Below the pieces are notes generated by a model that was not told where the DNA came from, did no database searches, and saw nothing but the letters and a program-made list of their open reading frames with translations. A DNA stretch of 25,758 nucleotides from a virus (lineage: Duplodnaviria; Caudoviricetes), in the IMG/VR virus record IMGVR_UViG_3300042319_000316, positions 1 to 25,758 of that record; one strand, given 5' to 3'. This document shows positions 1-10,102 of the stretch, piece after piece; within the stretch, counting starts at the first letter, position 1, and each line of letters starts with the position of its first letter. Both the position numbers and the translations under genes were made by a program.

Positions 1-412
1 AACCAAAAATATGAAAGGCAGTTGGAAAGAGTTTGTTGCCAGTATGCTTGAAGAGCTACTACGCAGTCAGATTCGTCAGACTATGGCAGGCTTATTTCAA
101 ATAGGATTAGGTCAAACCAAAGGTGGTGGCGGTGGATTACTTGGAGGTAGTATTATTCCAGGCATATTGGCAGCAGGCGGTCCTGTTAGTGATCGTCGCC
201 CTTACTTGGTAGGCGAGCGTGGTCCAGAACTATTTGTTCCTAACTCAGCAGGATCAATGGTGCCTAACAGCGGACTTCAGGGTGGTGGCAATGTTACCTA
301 TAACATATCAGCAGTTGATGCAATGAGCTTCAAACAGATGATTGCCAAAGATCCAAGTTTCATTCACGCAATAGCAATGCAGGGTGGTAAGTCAACACCT
401 GCTAGGAGATAA
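1..412 (+). CDS. Tail tape measure protein, C-terminal fragment (5' truncated)
   Basis: The frame is open from position 2. It contains GGPV..RPYLVGERGPELFVP...VTYNISAVDA, a typical TMP C-terminal motif, and tail-tip genes follow. Confidence 0.85.
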   Translation, partial: TKNMKGSWKEFVASMLEELLRSQIRQTMAGLFQIGLGQTKGGGGGLLGGSIIPGILAAGGPVSDRRPYLVGERGPELFVPNSAGSMVPNSGLQGGGNVTYNISAVDAMSFKQMIAKDPSFIHAIAMQGGKSTPARR

Positions 413-414
413 CA

Positions 415-795
415 ATGACATTTCAATGGATAGTAAATCAGGCTGAAACACTCAGCATCAACAGAAAGAAAATGGTTGCTTCAACCACAGCTCGTGATGG
501 CACAGTCCGTGCAGTCAGTCGTGGCACACAACCAAAACGCTTTGAAGTCAAACTACCAGATGGTATTCCTTGGACTGTGTTGAGAACAGATATTGCAGCC
601 GCTGAAGTTCTTGATAGAATTACCACAGCCACAATCTCAATACCCTACGCCAAGTTTCCTTGGTATTACAATAACACGGCACCAGGCAGTGATGACAGTT
701 ATACAGTACGCTGTATTCAGTTCCCAGAGTGGACAATCTTTAGCCGCAATCAAGTTTCGTGGAGTGGTCCTTTTGTCTTCCAAGAGGTAGTATAA
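415..795 (+). CDS. Putative distal tail (Dit-like) protein, 126 aa
   Basis: Lies immediately after TMP, has a Dit-like size and ends F.F.EV. Assignment is mainly by position. Confidence 0.55.
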   Translation: MTFQWIVNQAETLSINRKKMVASTTARDGTVRAVSRGTQPKRFEVKLPDGIPWTVLRTDIAAAEVLDRITTATISIPYAKFPWYYNNTAPGSDDSYTVRCIQFPEWTIFSRNQVSWSGPFVFQEVV

Positions 796-1376
796 TGGCT
801 GTACTAAGTTTAACAGGTTATGGCAGCATTGAAAGCAATCTATTCATCAAGATTACTTTAGCCAGTTCAACATTATTGTTTAGTGATAGATTAGTATCAA
901 CAACCATTGCTGGTGATACCTATGTTGGCCTTGGCAAGCTATTAAGCATTAGCGGAAGTAGTAGTGAACTTCGCAGCACCAGCGGTGAAATAACTATAGG
1001 CATTAGTGGTGTTCCAGACTCAATGATTAGTGATATTGTTGCTGCTAATATCAAAGGCAATCCAGTTAGAGTTATAAGAGGACTATTCAACGCTACTAAT
1101 GGCACATTTCTAAGTGCGATTACAGGCAATCCAATAAATCGTTTTATGGGTTATGTTAACAATATCAGCCTAGAAGAAGAATATGATGTTGACAGTAGAG
1201 ACAGTAGTAACACCTTGTTGTTGACCTGTGCCAGTAATGTTGATATCCTAGACAACAAGATAGCAGGCCGCAAGACCAATCCAGCCAGTCAGAAGAAATT
1301 CTATAGCACTGACATCTCAATGGATCGTGTGCCTAGTCTAGAAAGTAGTTACTTTGACTTTGGAGCTAAAAAATGA
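795..1376 (+). CDS. Minor tail-tip protein (lambda gpL-like/hub component), 193 aa
   Basis: Start re-called to ATG 795 (TAATG overlap, GAGG upstream). Motifs TYVGLGKLLSIS, ITIGISG and RFMGYV resemble siphophage tail-tip proteins. Confidence 0.6.
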   Translation: MAVLSLTGYGSIESNLFIKITLASSTLLFSDRLVSTTIAGDTYVGLGKLLSISGSSSELRSTSGEITIGISGVPDSMISDIVAANIKGNPVRVIRGLFNATNGTFLSAITGNPINRFMGYVNNISLEEEYDVDSRDSSNTLLLTCASNVDILDNKIAGRKTNPASQKKFYSTDISMDRVPSLESSYFDFGAKK

Positions 1377-2155
1377 GTTGGTTAGATAATTTAAGCAGTC
1401 TAGGAAGTGCAATCTTCAGAAGTGAGGCTTCAAAAAATATTGCAATTAATGTGGCTAAAACGGCAGCTTTAGGCTTGATACTAACTCAAGTTAACAAGAG
1501 TGTAAAAAAAGGCAATTCAAAACCTGAAACGGCTAAAACTGCTCAACCTGATAGATATGTTCGCGAACAACTTAGCCCTGACACTAACCACGCAATACCA
1601 ATAGTCTACGGAACTGCATTTACCAAAGGTATTATTACAGATGCTGTTCTTAGCAGTGATAATAAAACAATGTGGTATTGTATTACAATTTGTGAAAAAA
1701 CTGGAACACTATTAAGCACAGGTGCTGCCAGTTCATTTACATTTAACAAAGTTTATCTAAATTCAAGCGAAGTTACATTTCAAAGTGATGGCATTACTGT
1801 ACAATCAATTACAGATGCGGATGGTAATGTAGATAATCAAATGAATGGTTTTATTAAGATCTATTGTTTCAACAACGGATCAAACTCACCAGTAGTGCCA
1901 GAAGGTTACACTAATGGTAATATGTTATTTGCTAGAGACTTAATGCCAAATTGGACTGCAAATCACGCAATGACAAATTTAATATTTGCTCTTGTTCGTG
2001 TTGAATACAACAAAGAACGCGATGTTACCAGCCTTGGTGAAATTGAATTCAAACTCACAAACTCAATGACCTTGCCTGGTGATTGCTTAAATGATTATAT
2101 GAGAAATACCAGATACGGTGCTGGTATTCCAGATGCGGAGATTTATAGCGTATGA
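1373..2155 (+). CDS. Tail-tip hub (J/Tal-like) protein, N-terminal half, 260 aa
   Basis: Has IPIVYG near the N-terminus and ends PGDCLNDYMRNTRYGAGIP, matching the NPA..L.DYL...RYG.G motif that normally sits mid-protein in J-like tail-tip proteins. Confidence 0.7.
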   Translation: MSWLDNLSSLGSAIFRSEASKNIAINVAKTAALGLILTQVNKSVKKGNSKPETAKTAQPDRYVREQLSPDTNHAIPIVYGTAFTKGIITDAVLSSDNKTMWYCITICEKTGTLLSTGAASSFTFNKVYLNSSEVTFQSDGITVQSITDADGNVDNQMNGFIKIYCFNNGSNSPVVPEGYTNGNMLFARDLMPNWTANHAMTNLIFALVRVEYNKERDVTSLGEIEFKLTNSMTLPGDCLNDYMRNTRYGAGIPDAEIYSV

Positions 2156-5100
2156 ACAGCCTAACAGAATTAAATGGATATGCATCAGCACTCAGTTTTG
2201 AATTTACAGATAACAGAATTCCTAATGTAACTTTTACAACACCTACTGCTGTTAATCAAAGCCAAATTGTTGATGAGGGATTTAGTTTTAGTTCCGCAGT
2301 TGGAATTGAAATACTTGAAATACTAAACGCAGGTCAAAGTCAACCAACATACACTATCAATGTTTCCAATTTAAATGGAGCAACAGTTTCCTGGGCAAGT
2401 TTACCAACTGGTGTCACTGCGACAACTGTATCAACTGGCGTTTACAGACTTAGCGGTATTACTAGTAAAGCTCAATGGGATGCTGTAAAATATGCAAGTA
2501 TTTCAATGCCTGCTAATTATAACGGTATTTGGAACTATACCAGTACTATTGCATATTACAGTCAAGTCAGTGGTAATCAAAGCAAGTCTTGGGTTACATC
2601 AGTAACAGTAAATGATGTTGTATTTTTAACAACACCACTAGAATTTACCTATACTGCCAGTAATACTGCTTTAGTCACTAATGGAACACAACTGGTAAAC
2701 TTAGATGCAAGTTATCCAGGTGTGACCTGGACAGTGGTTGGCACACCTAATGATAAAGCTTCAATTAATAATTGGACAACCACAGGCACAGGCGGCACAT
2801 TCTCAGTTAATGCAACAACAAAAGTGTTTACTATAGTTGGGACAAGAACTCAAGTAAACAGTCGTCTAGCAGGGCTTACTTTAACAACCAATGCTCAAGA
2901 TACAGATTTTTCTATAAATTATGCAGTATCAAATAGTTTAAATTCAACAACAGACAATACAATTCAAACTTTTAAAAGTTATAATTTAACAAAATTAACT
3001 AACACAAGTCCAAGTTATTTTATTGAAGATGCTTCTTTTAATAATGTCACTGGATTTCCTATTATTACAGACACGCCTTATGATGGAACAGGAACTTATA
3101 ATTTAAGAATAACTCCATCAACAACTACAGGAGTATCAACTATTAGCTCACAGCCCAGGGCAAAGACAATGTCTAATGCAGGGGCTGCAACAACTTCAAC
3201 AGCACAAATTAAATTTGGAGCTGCATCAATGAGTTCTAATGGTACTACAACTTCTTATATTAGTACAAATGTTAATTTAAATGATTTTAACTTTGGTGCA
3301 AATGATTTTACTGTAGATTTTTGGATAAGAGTACCTGCACAGACCAGCTCAGGTGGCATTATGAATAAAATTAGTTCTAGTGCATCTGGAGCTCACTTAG
3401 GATGGAGTATTGCATTACAAAATGGTTATGTAGAATTCTTAGGCGGATACAACCCACCAACATCAGTTTCTCCATTAGTTGGAGTAGCTAGGTTAGGAAT
3501 TACATCTAGACTTACAGCAGATACTTGGACTCATATTGCGTTTTCTTGCAAAGATGGGGTGTTATCAACTTATAAAAACGGAACACGCGAACAACAAACT
3601 GCTGTAACCACAATAGCAGATAGCACAGGTAATTTGCAAATTGGCAAAGGTTATTATTTTAATGACGGCCTTGGTAACAATAACGGGGCTTGGAGAGAAA
3701 CTTGGACCGCTGTTGTTACTACTGCGGCCTTAACTCCTGTAGTTAATGCAAGTACCGCAATTGAATCAATTACTATTACTAATGGAGGAAGTGGATATGC
3801 TACTCCACCAACTATTTCAATTAGTGCTCCAGCAGGAGGTTCAAATGCAGTATTAACTGCGGTTCGTAACGCAACAACAAATGTAATTACTTCTGTAACA
3901 GTGACCAGCGGTGGTAATGGATACACTACGGCTCCTGTACTTACTTTTTCAGGCGGGGGTGGCAGCGGAGCAACGGCCACTGCCACCATTTCAAATGGTG
4001 TTGTTACTAGTGTTACTGTTAATAATCAAGGAACAAATTATACTTCTGTTCCTTCAATAGCAGTTTCAGCTACAAATAGAGTTCAAGCAACTGCCACGGC
4101 AGTAATTACAAACGGTGTTATTACTGCCGTTACCGTTAATAATGCAGGTTCAGGGTATACCAGTAATCCAACAATAACATTATCAGGCGGAACTACTGTA
4201 AACGGTACTTTAAATGGTTACCTAGATGAAGTTAGAATTAGCAATATTGCAAGATATGTTGATTCAACTTTTGTTCCTAATGCAGTAGCCTATACTTGGA
4301 ATCCAAACACTAAACTTTTATTACATTTTAATGGTAATTTTATAGACGATGTTGAAACACAAGGACAACTTGGATCGCAATCTTTTAATAGTTCCACAAA
4401 AGCATTAACACTTACTGGAACTAGAGCAGAAATTAACGATACGCTAAACTATCTAACAGTGACTACTTCAGTTGACTGGGCAAGCGATTTTGCATTAAGT
4501 TATTTGTTAACAACACCTAGAGATGAAACAGCCACTAAAACGCAGGCAATATTATGCGGAAGCAATGACATTGAAATAACAAATATGAACGAAACAAGAT
4601 CTTATATTGCTAATCGTGGTAATGAGATTTTTGCAACAACAACTCCTGTTATTAGCGACTTTGATTCTGCTGAAGGAAATACCTACACCATTGGATTTAC
4701 TAGTTCATTAGGCCAATTTGCTTTTGGTAGTAGTGATACTCCTGTAAACAGTTTAACATTTGCTGGTACTAAGGCACAATGCAATGCTAAATTTAGTAGT
4801 GTTAGATTTTATCCAACAGCAGGGGTTTCTAGCAACGGAACGCTTACCTACACGCAGATTAAAAACGCAGTTACACAGATATCACAAACTGTTGCACTAA
4901 CTGGTACCTATGCTACCTATGCTAATGCAAGAAGTTTTATATTCACTTCTAGTCAGACTTATACTCCAACTTTTGAAGATATTAGATATGGCAATTTTGA
5001 AATTGCCCTGGTTGGTGGTGGTGGAACAAGAGGTGCTCCGTTTCCTCCAAATGGCTCAGGATTTGATGAAATTAGATGTCGCGGAGGTGGCGGTGGCGGT

Positions 5101-6051
5101 GAAGTTATCCAACAGTCAAATGTTGAAATTACAAATCAAACATATTCTATTACCGTTGGAGCAGCTGGCAATGTTTCCCCAGGATCAAATATGAATGTAT
5201 CAGATGGCGGTAATACTGTTGCGTTTGGTCTAACTGCTAGAGGAGGAAAAACAGGTATTAATGTTCCTCATCTTGCTACCACACGGAATAATGTAAGAAC
5301 AGGCGGAGCCAGCGGTAATGGTAATTTAGGAGGGTTGGCAACCTATCTAAGAGACAACAACAATTATCAAGGTGGTGGTGGTGGTGGTGCTGGAGATACT
5401 AAAAATAATGCATCAATCATTGCTGATTTTGATACTACTGCAAATAATGGAAGAACTAGTCAGATAAATGCGGTTCTTGGCACTGGAACATTAAATTACT
5501 CAAATATTTCTGGCACTAATGTAACGGGAACAGGAACAGGATTAACATTTAATATTTCAGTTCCTGGTCCAGAGGGTTATTTTGGCACCTTATATCCACC
5601 TACCATTACAATTAGCAATCTAGGAAGTGGTTATGGTCCAGGTGACACTATTAAGATTTTGTCTAGTCAAGTTCAGAACACAGTCAGAGGTACAAATCCT
5701 GCTGGTATAAGTTTTTATGAATTTACAATAACCATTACTGCTGTTAGTAATGGATCTTCAGTGTTAACCGCTGACCCTGTTGGCGGAAGAGGCGTTGCTA
5801 TATTTTGGGATGCAAGTGCTAACTCTATGTATGGATATTATGGCGGCGGCGGTGCTGGTGATATTGTCAACCAAGAATTTGTCAATGTTGGAAGTGGTGC
5901 CATAGGTAATCTTATTTCTAATCCAGTTGCTCATAACAATGGTATAACAACATCAACTAACTTTAGTGGCGCTTCAGGCGGCGGGGGTGGCTCTGGTGGG
6001 AATTATCCAGGTTCAGGCGTAGTTGGTGTTAGAATAACATCTAAGGGATAA
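2152..6051 (+). CDS. Large mosaic virion adhesin/tail protein, 1299 aa (Ig-like modules, LamG domain, GGSGY repeats, Gly-rich C-terminus)
   Basis: Motifs seen: LamG (DFTVDFWIR, WTHIA, GYLDEVRIS, LLLHFNG); repeats of the form SVTVTxGGxGYTxxP; and a C-terminal LVGGGG...GGGGG...GSGVV Gly-rich domain. Confidence 0.75.
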   Translation: MNSLTELNGYASALSFEFTDNRIPNVTFTTPTAVNQSQIVDEGFSFSSAVGIEILEILNAGQSQPTYTINVSNLNGATVSWASLPTGVTATTVSTGVYRLSGITSKAQWDAVKYASISMPANYNGIWNYTSTIAYYSQVSGNQSKSWVTSVTVNDVVFLTTPLEFTYTASNTALVTNGTQLVNLDASYPGVTWTVVGTPNDKASINNWTTTGTGGTFSVNATTKVFTIVGTRTQVNSRLAGLTLTTNAQDTDFSINYAVSNSLNSTTDNTIQTFKSYNLTKLTNTSPSYFIEDASFNNVTGFPIITDTPYDGTGTYNLRITPSTTTGVSTISSQPRAKTMSNAGAATTSTAQIKFGAASMSSNGTTTSYISTNVNLNDFNFGANDFTVDFWIRVPAQTSSGGIMNKISSSASGAHLGWSIALQNGYVEFLGGYNPPTSVSPLVGVARLGITSRLTADTWTHIAFSCKDGVLSTYKNGTREQQTAVTTIADSTGNLQIGKGYYFNDGLGNNNGAWRETWTAVVTTAALTPVVNASTAIESITITNGGSGYATPPTISISAPAGGSNAVLTAVRNATTNVITSVTVTSGGNGYTTAPVLTFSGGGGSGATATATISNGVVTSVTVNNQGTNYTSVPSIAVSATNRVQATATAVITNGVITAVTVNNAGSGYTSNPTITLSGGTTVNGTLNGYLDEVRISNIARYVDSTFVPNAVAYTWNPNTKLLLHFNGNFIDDVETQGQLGSQSFNSSTKALTLTGTRAEINDTLNYLTVTTSVDWASDFALSYLLTTPRDETATKTQAILCGSNDIEITNMNETRSYIANRGNEIFATTTPVISDFDSAEGNTYTIGFTSSLGQFAFGSSDTPVNSLTFAGTKAQCNAKFSSVRFYPTAGVSSNGTLTYTQIKNAVTQISQTVALTGTYATYANARSFIFTSSQTYTPTFEDIRYGNFEIALVGGGGTRGAPFPPNGSGFDEIRCRGGGGGGEVIQQSNVEITNQTYSITVGAAGNVSPGSNMNVSDGGNTVAFGLTARGGKTGINVPHLATTRNNVRTGGASGNGNLGGLATYLRDNNNYQGGGGGGAGDTKNNASIIADFDTTANNGRTSQINAVLGTGTLNYSNISGTNVTGTGTGLTFNISVPGPEGYFGTLYPPTITISNLGSGYGPGDTIKILSSQVQNTVRGTNPAGISFYEFTITITAVSNGSSVLTADPVGGRGVAIFWDASANSMYGYYGGGGAGDIVNQEFVNVGSGAIGNLISNPVAHNNGITTSTNFSGASGGGGGSGGNYPGSGVVGVRITSKG

Positions 6052-6054
6052 ACA

Positions 6055-7920
6055 ATGTCATCATTATATCAACCATTAAACATAAACGGTGTTGTTTCAA
6101 CAGACAAAACAGCACTACAAAATCTAAACGATCTTTGCACAGCCGCTGGTGCATTCCTTACTTTTGATATTAGCCAAGGCAAGTGGGCTGTAATTATAAA
6201 CACTACAGGTTCTAGCATCAAGAGTTTTAACAACTCAAATATCATTGGTAGTATTAATGTTAGTGAAACAGGAGTTAGTGAACTTTACAATAGTTGCAGT
6301 CTAGAGTTTCCGCATAGAGAACTTCGTGATCAAACAGACTTTGTTGAAGTCGCAATTCCTAGCGAAAATAGATATCTTAACGAAGTTGATAATACTCTCA
6401 ACATTCAAAGCAATCTTATTAATGATCCTGTACAGGCACAATATATTGCCAGCGTTGAACTAAAACAAAGTAGACTAAACAAGATCATAACTTTTACCAC
6501 TGACTACACAGCACTAGGTCTTAAAGCAGGTGATCTTATTGATGTTACTAGCACAATGTATGGATATACCAGCAAGGTATTTCGTGTTACACGACTTGAA
6601 GAAGTAGATGAAGAAGGCATCACAATTAACATTACTGCTCTAGAATATTCCGCAGATGTTTACTCAACCGCTGGTCTAATTGCTGTTGAAAAGACCAAGA
6701 AGACAGGTATTAAACTTAAAGAAAATAATGAAACTTTAAAAGATCTAGATGATGCCAAGGTTGCTCTTAGCATTGGTCGTATGCTTGCCGCCAATGTGGG
6801 TCTGGGTGTTGTTAACAGTTTGTTAAACAAGTTGTTTGGAAGAACACAGGCCAAAGATGCCAATGGCAATCCAATAGTTGATGCCAATGGCAATCCAGTT
6901 TATACCAAACAAACAAAACCAACTGATACTGCGGCTGCAGAACTTGACAAAGTGCTAGGTGGTGCTAAAAAGCCAGCATTAGCCACTATTTCCGCAGGCG
7001 GCACAATGTGTGAAGGCGGCACAAAAACAATTACTGTTGGCCATACTTGTTCAGTCTGTTTATTTGATATTCCTCCATTAGATTACGATTACACTATTAC
7101 TGGCATCTCAGCAGGAGATATATCAATTCCTTTAACAGGTGTTGTTACAGTAACTAATGGTACAGGTACACTAACATTTACTGCTATTGCAGATGCTACT
7201 ACTGAAGGCAACGAAACAGCCACAATTACTATTGGTGGTCTTGTTACCACTGTTAACATTTATGATACCTCTGCTGATTACACTTATAGTGTAGCTAAAT
7301 CTGCAGCCAGTATAACAGAAGGTGCCAGTGTCACCGTTACCGTAACAGCTACAGGATCAAAAGCCAATGTCACTGTACCTTACGCTATTACAGGTGCTGG
7401 CACAGGTAGAGTAAGCACACCACTTACTGGCAATATAACAATTAGCGGTGGAACTGGAACATTAGTAATTGCCACAACTGATGACAACACATTTACTGGC
7501 ACACAAGGCATTACATTTACCATTGAACCCTTATTAAATAATCCTTGTGCTGAAGTTGGAACAAATTCAACCAGCATTTCAATATTAGATAATGATACTG
7601 CTACAACTACCTGTTCATATGTTTCAGTTCCTGTAGTTTGGTGTGGAATATTTAATGGTACTACAGGAGCATTGGTTGGTATAAGTTCAAGACAAAGTGC
7701 TTATTTTCCTGTACCACAAGCAGGAGAAGCCACAATATTGATACCATATGTTTGCACAGTGTCAAACGGTTCTATTGTTATTAGTGAGCAAATTCAAGTA
7801 GCCGCTGCCAGTGTTAATGCAGGCGGGTTCCCAGTTAGAGTTATTACTACTTTTAATACAATACCAGCAAGAGGAATTATTACAGGCAGTACAACCACAC
7901 TCTATGGCTACAATGCCTAA
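6055..7920 (+). CDS. Tail-tip hub protein, C-terminal half, with Calx-beta/Ig-like extension, 621 aa
   Basis: Starts INGVVSTDKTALQNLNDL..AAGAFLTFDISQGKWAV and contains LKAGDLIDVT...KVFRV...ITALEY, both phage tail-hub motifs. Calx-beta-like segments DATTEGNETATITI and SISILDND follow. Confidence 0.7.
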   Translation: MSSLYQPLNINGVVSTDKTALQNLNDLCTAAGAFLTFDISQGKWAVIINTTGSSIKSFNNSNIIGSINVSETGVSELYNSCSLEFPHRELRDQTDFVEVAIPSENRYLNEVDNTLNIQSNLINDPVQAQYIASVELKQSRLNKIITFTTDYTALGLKAGDLIDVTSTMYGYTSKVFRVTRLEEVDEEGITINITALEYSADVYSTAGLIAVEKTKKTGIKLKENNETLKDLDDAKVALSIGRMLAANVGLGVVNSLLNKLFGRTQAKDANGNPIVDANGNPVYTKQTKPTDTAAAELDKVLGGAKKPALATISAGGTMCEGGTKTITVGHTCSVCLFDIPPLDYDYTITGISAGDISIPLTGVVTVTNGTGTLTFTAIADATTEGNETATITIGGLVTTVNIYDTSADYTYSVAKSAASITEGASVTVTVTATGSKANVTVPYAITGAGTGRVSTPLTGNITISGGTGTLVIATTDDNTFTGTQGITFTIEPLLNNPCAEVGTNSTSISILDNDTATTTCSYVSVPVVWCGIFNGTTGALVGISSRQSAYFPVPQAGEATILIPYVCTVSNGSIVISEQIQVAAASVNAGGFPVRVITTFNTIPARGIITGSTTTLYGYNA

Positions 7921-7946
7921 GTGATCTTTTTCTACCTTTTTTCAAT

Positions 7947-7970
7947 GATTTTTGAGGATTTGTGTAAATA
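7947..7970 (+). promoter_or_regulatory. T4-late-like promoter (TGTAAATA) with upstream GATTTTT
   Basis: Intergenic TAAATA at 7965-7970, upstream of a structured leader and the AAGGAG RBS of the 8049 gene. The same motif recurs at other gene starts. Confidence 0.55.
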
Positions 7971-8048
7971 CAATGTCAAAAACATTTTGACCATAGACAA
8001 CCCTATGTTGTCTAGTCAGACAACATATTCAAAACAAAGGAGACTATT

Positions 8049-8495
8049 ATGTCCGCGGCCTCAAATTTTTTAGAAGCAAAACTATTAGACCATACATTGC
8101 GTTATGGCACAGCACCATATGTAGCACCAACTACATTATATCTAGCATTGTTCAAGAGCGACATTGATGCCGCTACCACTGCAGCCAATCTAGAAGCAGG
8201 CACAACTTCAACTAATGAAGTAGCAACAGCAGGTAGCACAGCCTATGCTCGTAAGGAAGTAACATTTGCAGCCGCAACTGGTACTAACCCTACCAGTTCA
8301 GCAACAGCCGCAACTGTAACATTTGATCCTGCAACAGCAAGTTGGGGCACAGTGACTCACATTGCAGTTATGGATGGTGGCACACGCGGTAGTGGTAATG
8401 TGCTATTCTACGGACAAGTCACAACCAGCAAGACCATAGATTCAGGTGACACTTTTCAGGTAAGTTCAGGCAATTTAACAATCAGCCTAGCCTAA
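8049..8495 (+). CDS. Virion structural/fibre protein, 148 aa
   Basis: SNFLEAKLLDH...TLYLALF...YAR..VTF...WGTVTH.AV.D...GNVLFYG...KTI..GD is a widespread phage structural family. Strong RBS, with its own promoter and terminator. Confidence 0.75.
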   Translation: MSAASNFLEAKLLDHTLRYGTAPYVAPTTLYLALFKSDIDAATTAANLEAGTTSTNEVATAGSTAYARKEVTFAAATGTNPTSSATAATVTFDPATASWGTVTHIAVMDGGTRGSGNVLFYGQVTTSKTIDSGDTFQVSSGNLTISLA

Positions 8496-8509
8496 TAGGT
8501 CTATGCTAT

Positions 8510-8543
8510 GGGCACTTGGGCTAATGGCTCTTGTGCCCTTTTT
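8510..8543 (+). terminator. Rho-independent terminator
   Basis: GGGCAC-tt-GGGCT-aat-GGCTC-tt-GTGCCC followed by TTTTT. Confidence 0.8.
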
Positions 8544-8566
8544 AATAATATTAAAGGATCTAGGAA

Positions 8567-10102
8567 ATGACCAAGCCAGTAATAGTAACCAGAGCAGGCA
8601 AAGGCTCAGCACTCTCTTTCGTTGAAGGTGATGCAAACTTTACCAACCTACAGAATGCTACTGTTACCGTTGCTGGCGATAGCGGCACCCCACAGGTGTT
8701 AGATCTCAATGACACACTGACTATTAGTGGTGGTACTGGATTAAGTTCAGTAGCATCAGCAACAGACACGGTTACGCTAAATCTAGACAATACTGCTGTC
8801 ACAGCAGGTAGTTATACGCTATCTAGCATCACAGTTGATGCACAAGGTCGTATAACAGCCGCAAGCAATGGCACAGATGCCAATACTACATATACACAAA
8901 ACGCAAGTTCTGTCACAGGTGGTGCTAACCTAAATCTAGTTGGTAGTGATAGCACAACAGACGCAGTTAAATTTGCTGGTGCAACTAATGTCACAGTGTC
9001 TAGAACAGACGCTGACACAATTACTATCACAGGTCCAGACCTAAGCGGTTATCAAACCAGTCTAGGCTTCACAGCAGAGAATTCAGCTAACAAAAATCAA
9101 AACAATGGTTATGCAGGATTGGATGCTGGTGGCAAAGTGGCATCCGCTCAACTGCCAAGTTATGTGGATGATGTGGTAGAAGCCGCTAATCAAGCCGCAT
9201 TGCCAGTCACAGGCGAAACATCAAAGATCTATGTCACACTAGACACCAACAAGATCTATCGTTGGAGTGGTTCAGCTTATGTTGAGATATCAGCAAGCCC
9301 AGGTTCAACTGATTCAGTCACAGAAGGTTCAACCAATCTTTATTTTACCACACAGCGAGCCCGTGATAGTTTTTCACAATCAACAGGCATCAGCATCTCT
9401 AGTGGTGCTATTTCAATTGCTAACACAGCAGTTACCCCCGCTGCCTATACTTACGCAAGCATTACAGTAGATCAACAAGGTCGCATCACAGCCGCATCAA
9501 GCGGTACTACTCCATTAGTAAGTGGTGGTGCTCTAGGCACACCAAGTTCAGCCACATTAACCAACGCTACTGGATTGCCAATTGGCACAGGTGTAAGTGG
9601 TTTAGGTACAGGCGTTGCTACATTCTTAGGCACACCAAGTTCTGCTAATCTTATTGCCGCAGTAACTGACGAAACAGGCACAGGTGCATTGGTATTTGCC
9701 ACTTCACCAACATTCACAACACCATTGTTAGGCACACCAACAAGTGGTAATTTGTCAAATTGCACAGCAGATGGCACTAACGGTGTAGGCTTTAGAAGCA
9801 TACCTTCAGCAGGTGCTGAAAAATCCAGTTCATACACTCTACAGACATCAGACCGTGCTGAATTTGTGCAGGTGGCAAGTGGTGGATCAATTACTGTTCC
9901 CAACTCAACATTTGCCGCAGGCGATGTTGTGGTAGTTTACAATAACCACACAGCCGCAATTACAATTACATTGAGTACAACCAATGCTTACATTGCAGGC
10001 ACTAACACCAATAAGACTTCAGTAAGTTTAGCCACACGCGGTGTTTGCAATATCTTATTCATAAGTTCAACCGTGGCCATCCTAACAGGAAACATTACAT
10101 AA
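8567..10102 (+). CDS. Tail fibre protein, 511 aa
   Basis: N-terminal TRAGKGSALSFVEGDANFTNL, followed by modules typical of phage fibres: SITVDxQGRITAAS x2, QLPSYVDDVVE, TEGSTNLYFT and LGTPSS repeats. Confidence 0.75.
   Translation: MTKPVIVTRAGKGSALSFVEGDANFTNLQNATVTVAGDSGTPQVLDLNDTLTISGGTGLSSVASATDTVTLNLDNTAVTAGSYTLSSITVDAQGRITAASNGTDANTTYTQNASSVTGGANLNLVGSDSTTDAVKFAGATNVTVSRTDADTITITGPDLSGYQTSLGFTAENSANKNQNNGYAGLDAGGKVASAQLPSYVDDVVEAANQAALPVTGETSKIYVTLDTNKIYRWSGSAYVEISASPGSTDSVTEGSTNLYFTTQRARDSFSQSTGISISSGAISIANTAVTPAAYTYASITVDQQGRITAASSGTTPLVSGGALGTPSSATLTNATGLPIGTGVSGLGTGVATFLGTPSSANLIAAVTDETGTGALVFATSPTFTTPLLGTPTSGNLSNCTADGTNGVGFRSIPSAGAEKSSSYTLQTSDRAEFVQVASGGSITVPNSTFAAGDVVVVYNNHTAAITITLSTTNAYIAGTNTNKTSVSLATRGVCNILFISSTVAILTGNIT

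Noticed and set aside
6856-6897. 18-nt direct repeat gatgccaatggcaatcca
   Set aside because: A simple in-frame duplication (DANGNP x2) in a linker region.
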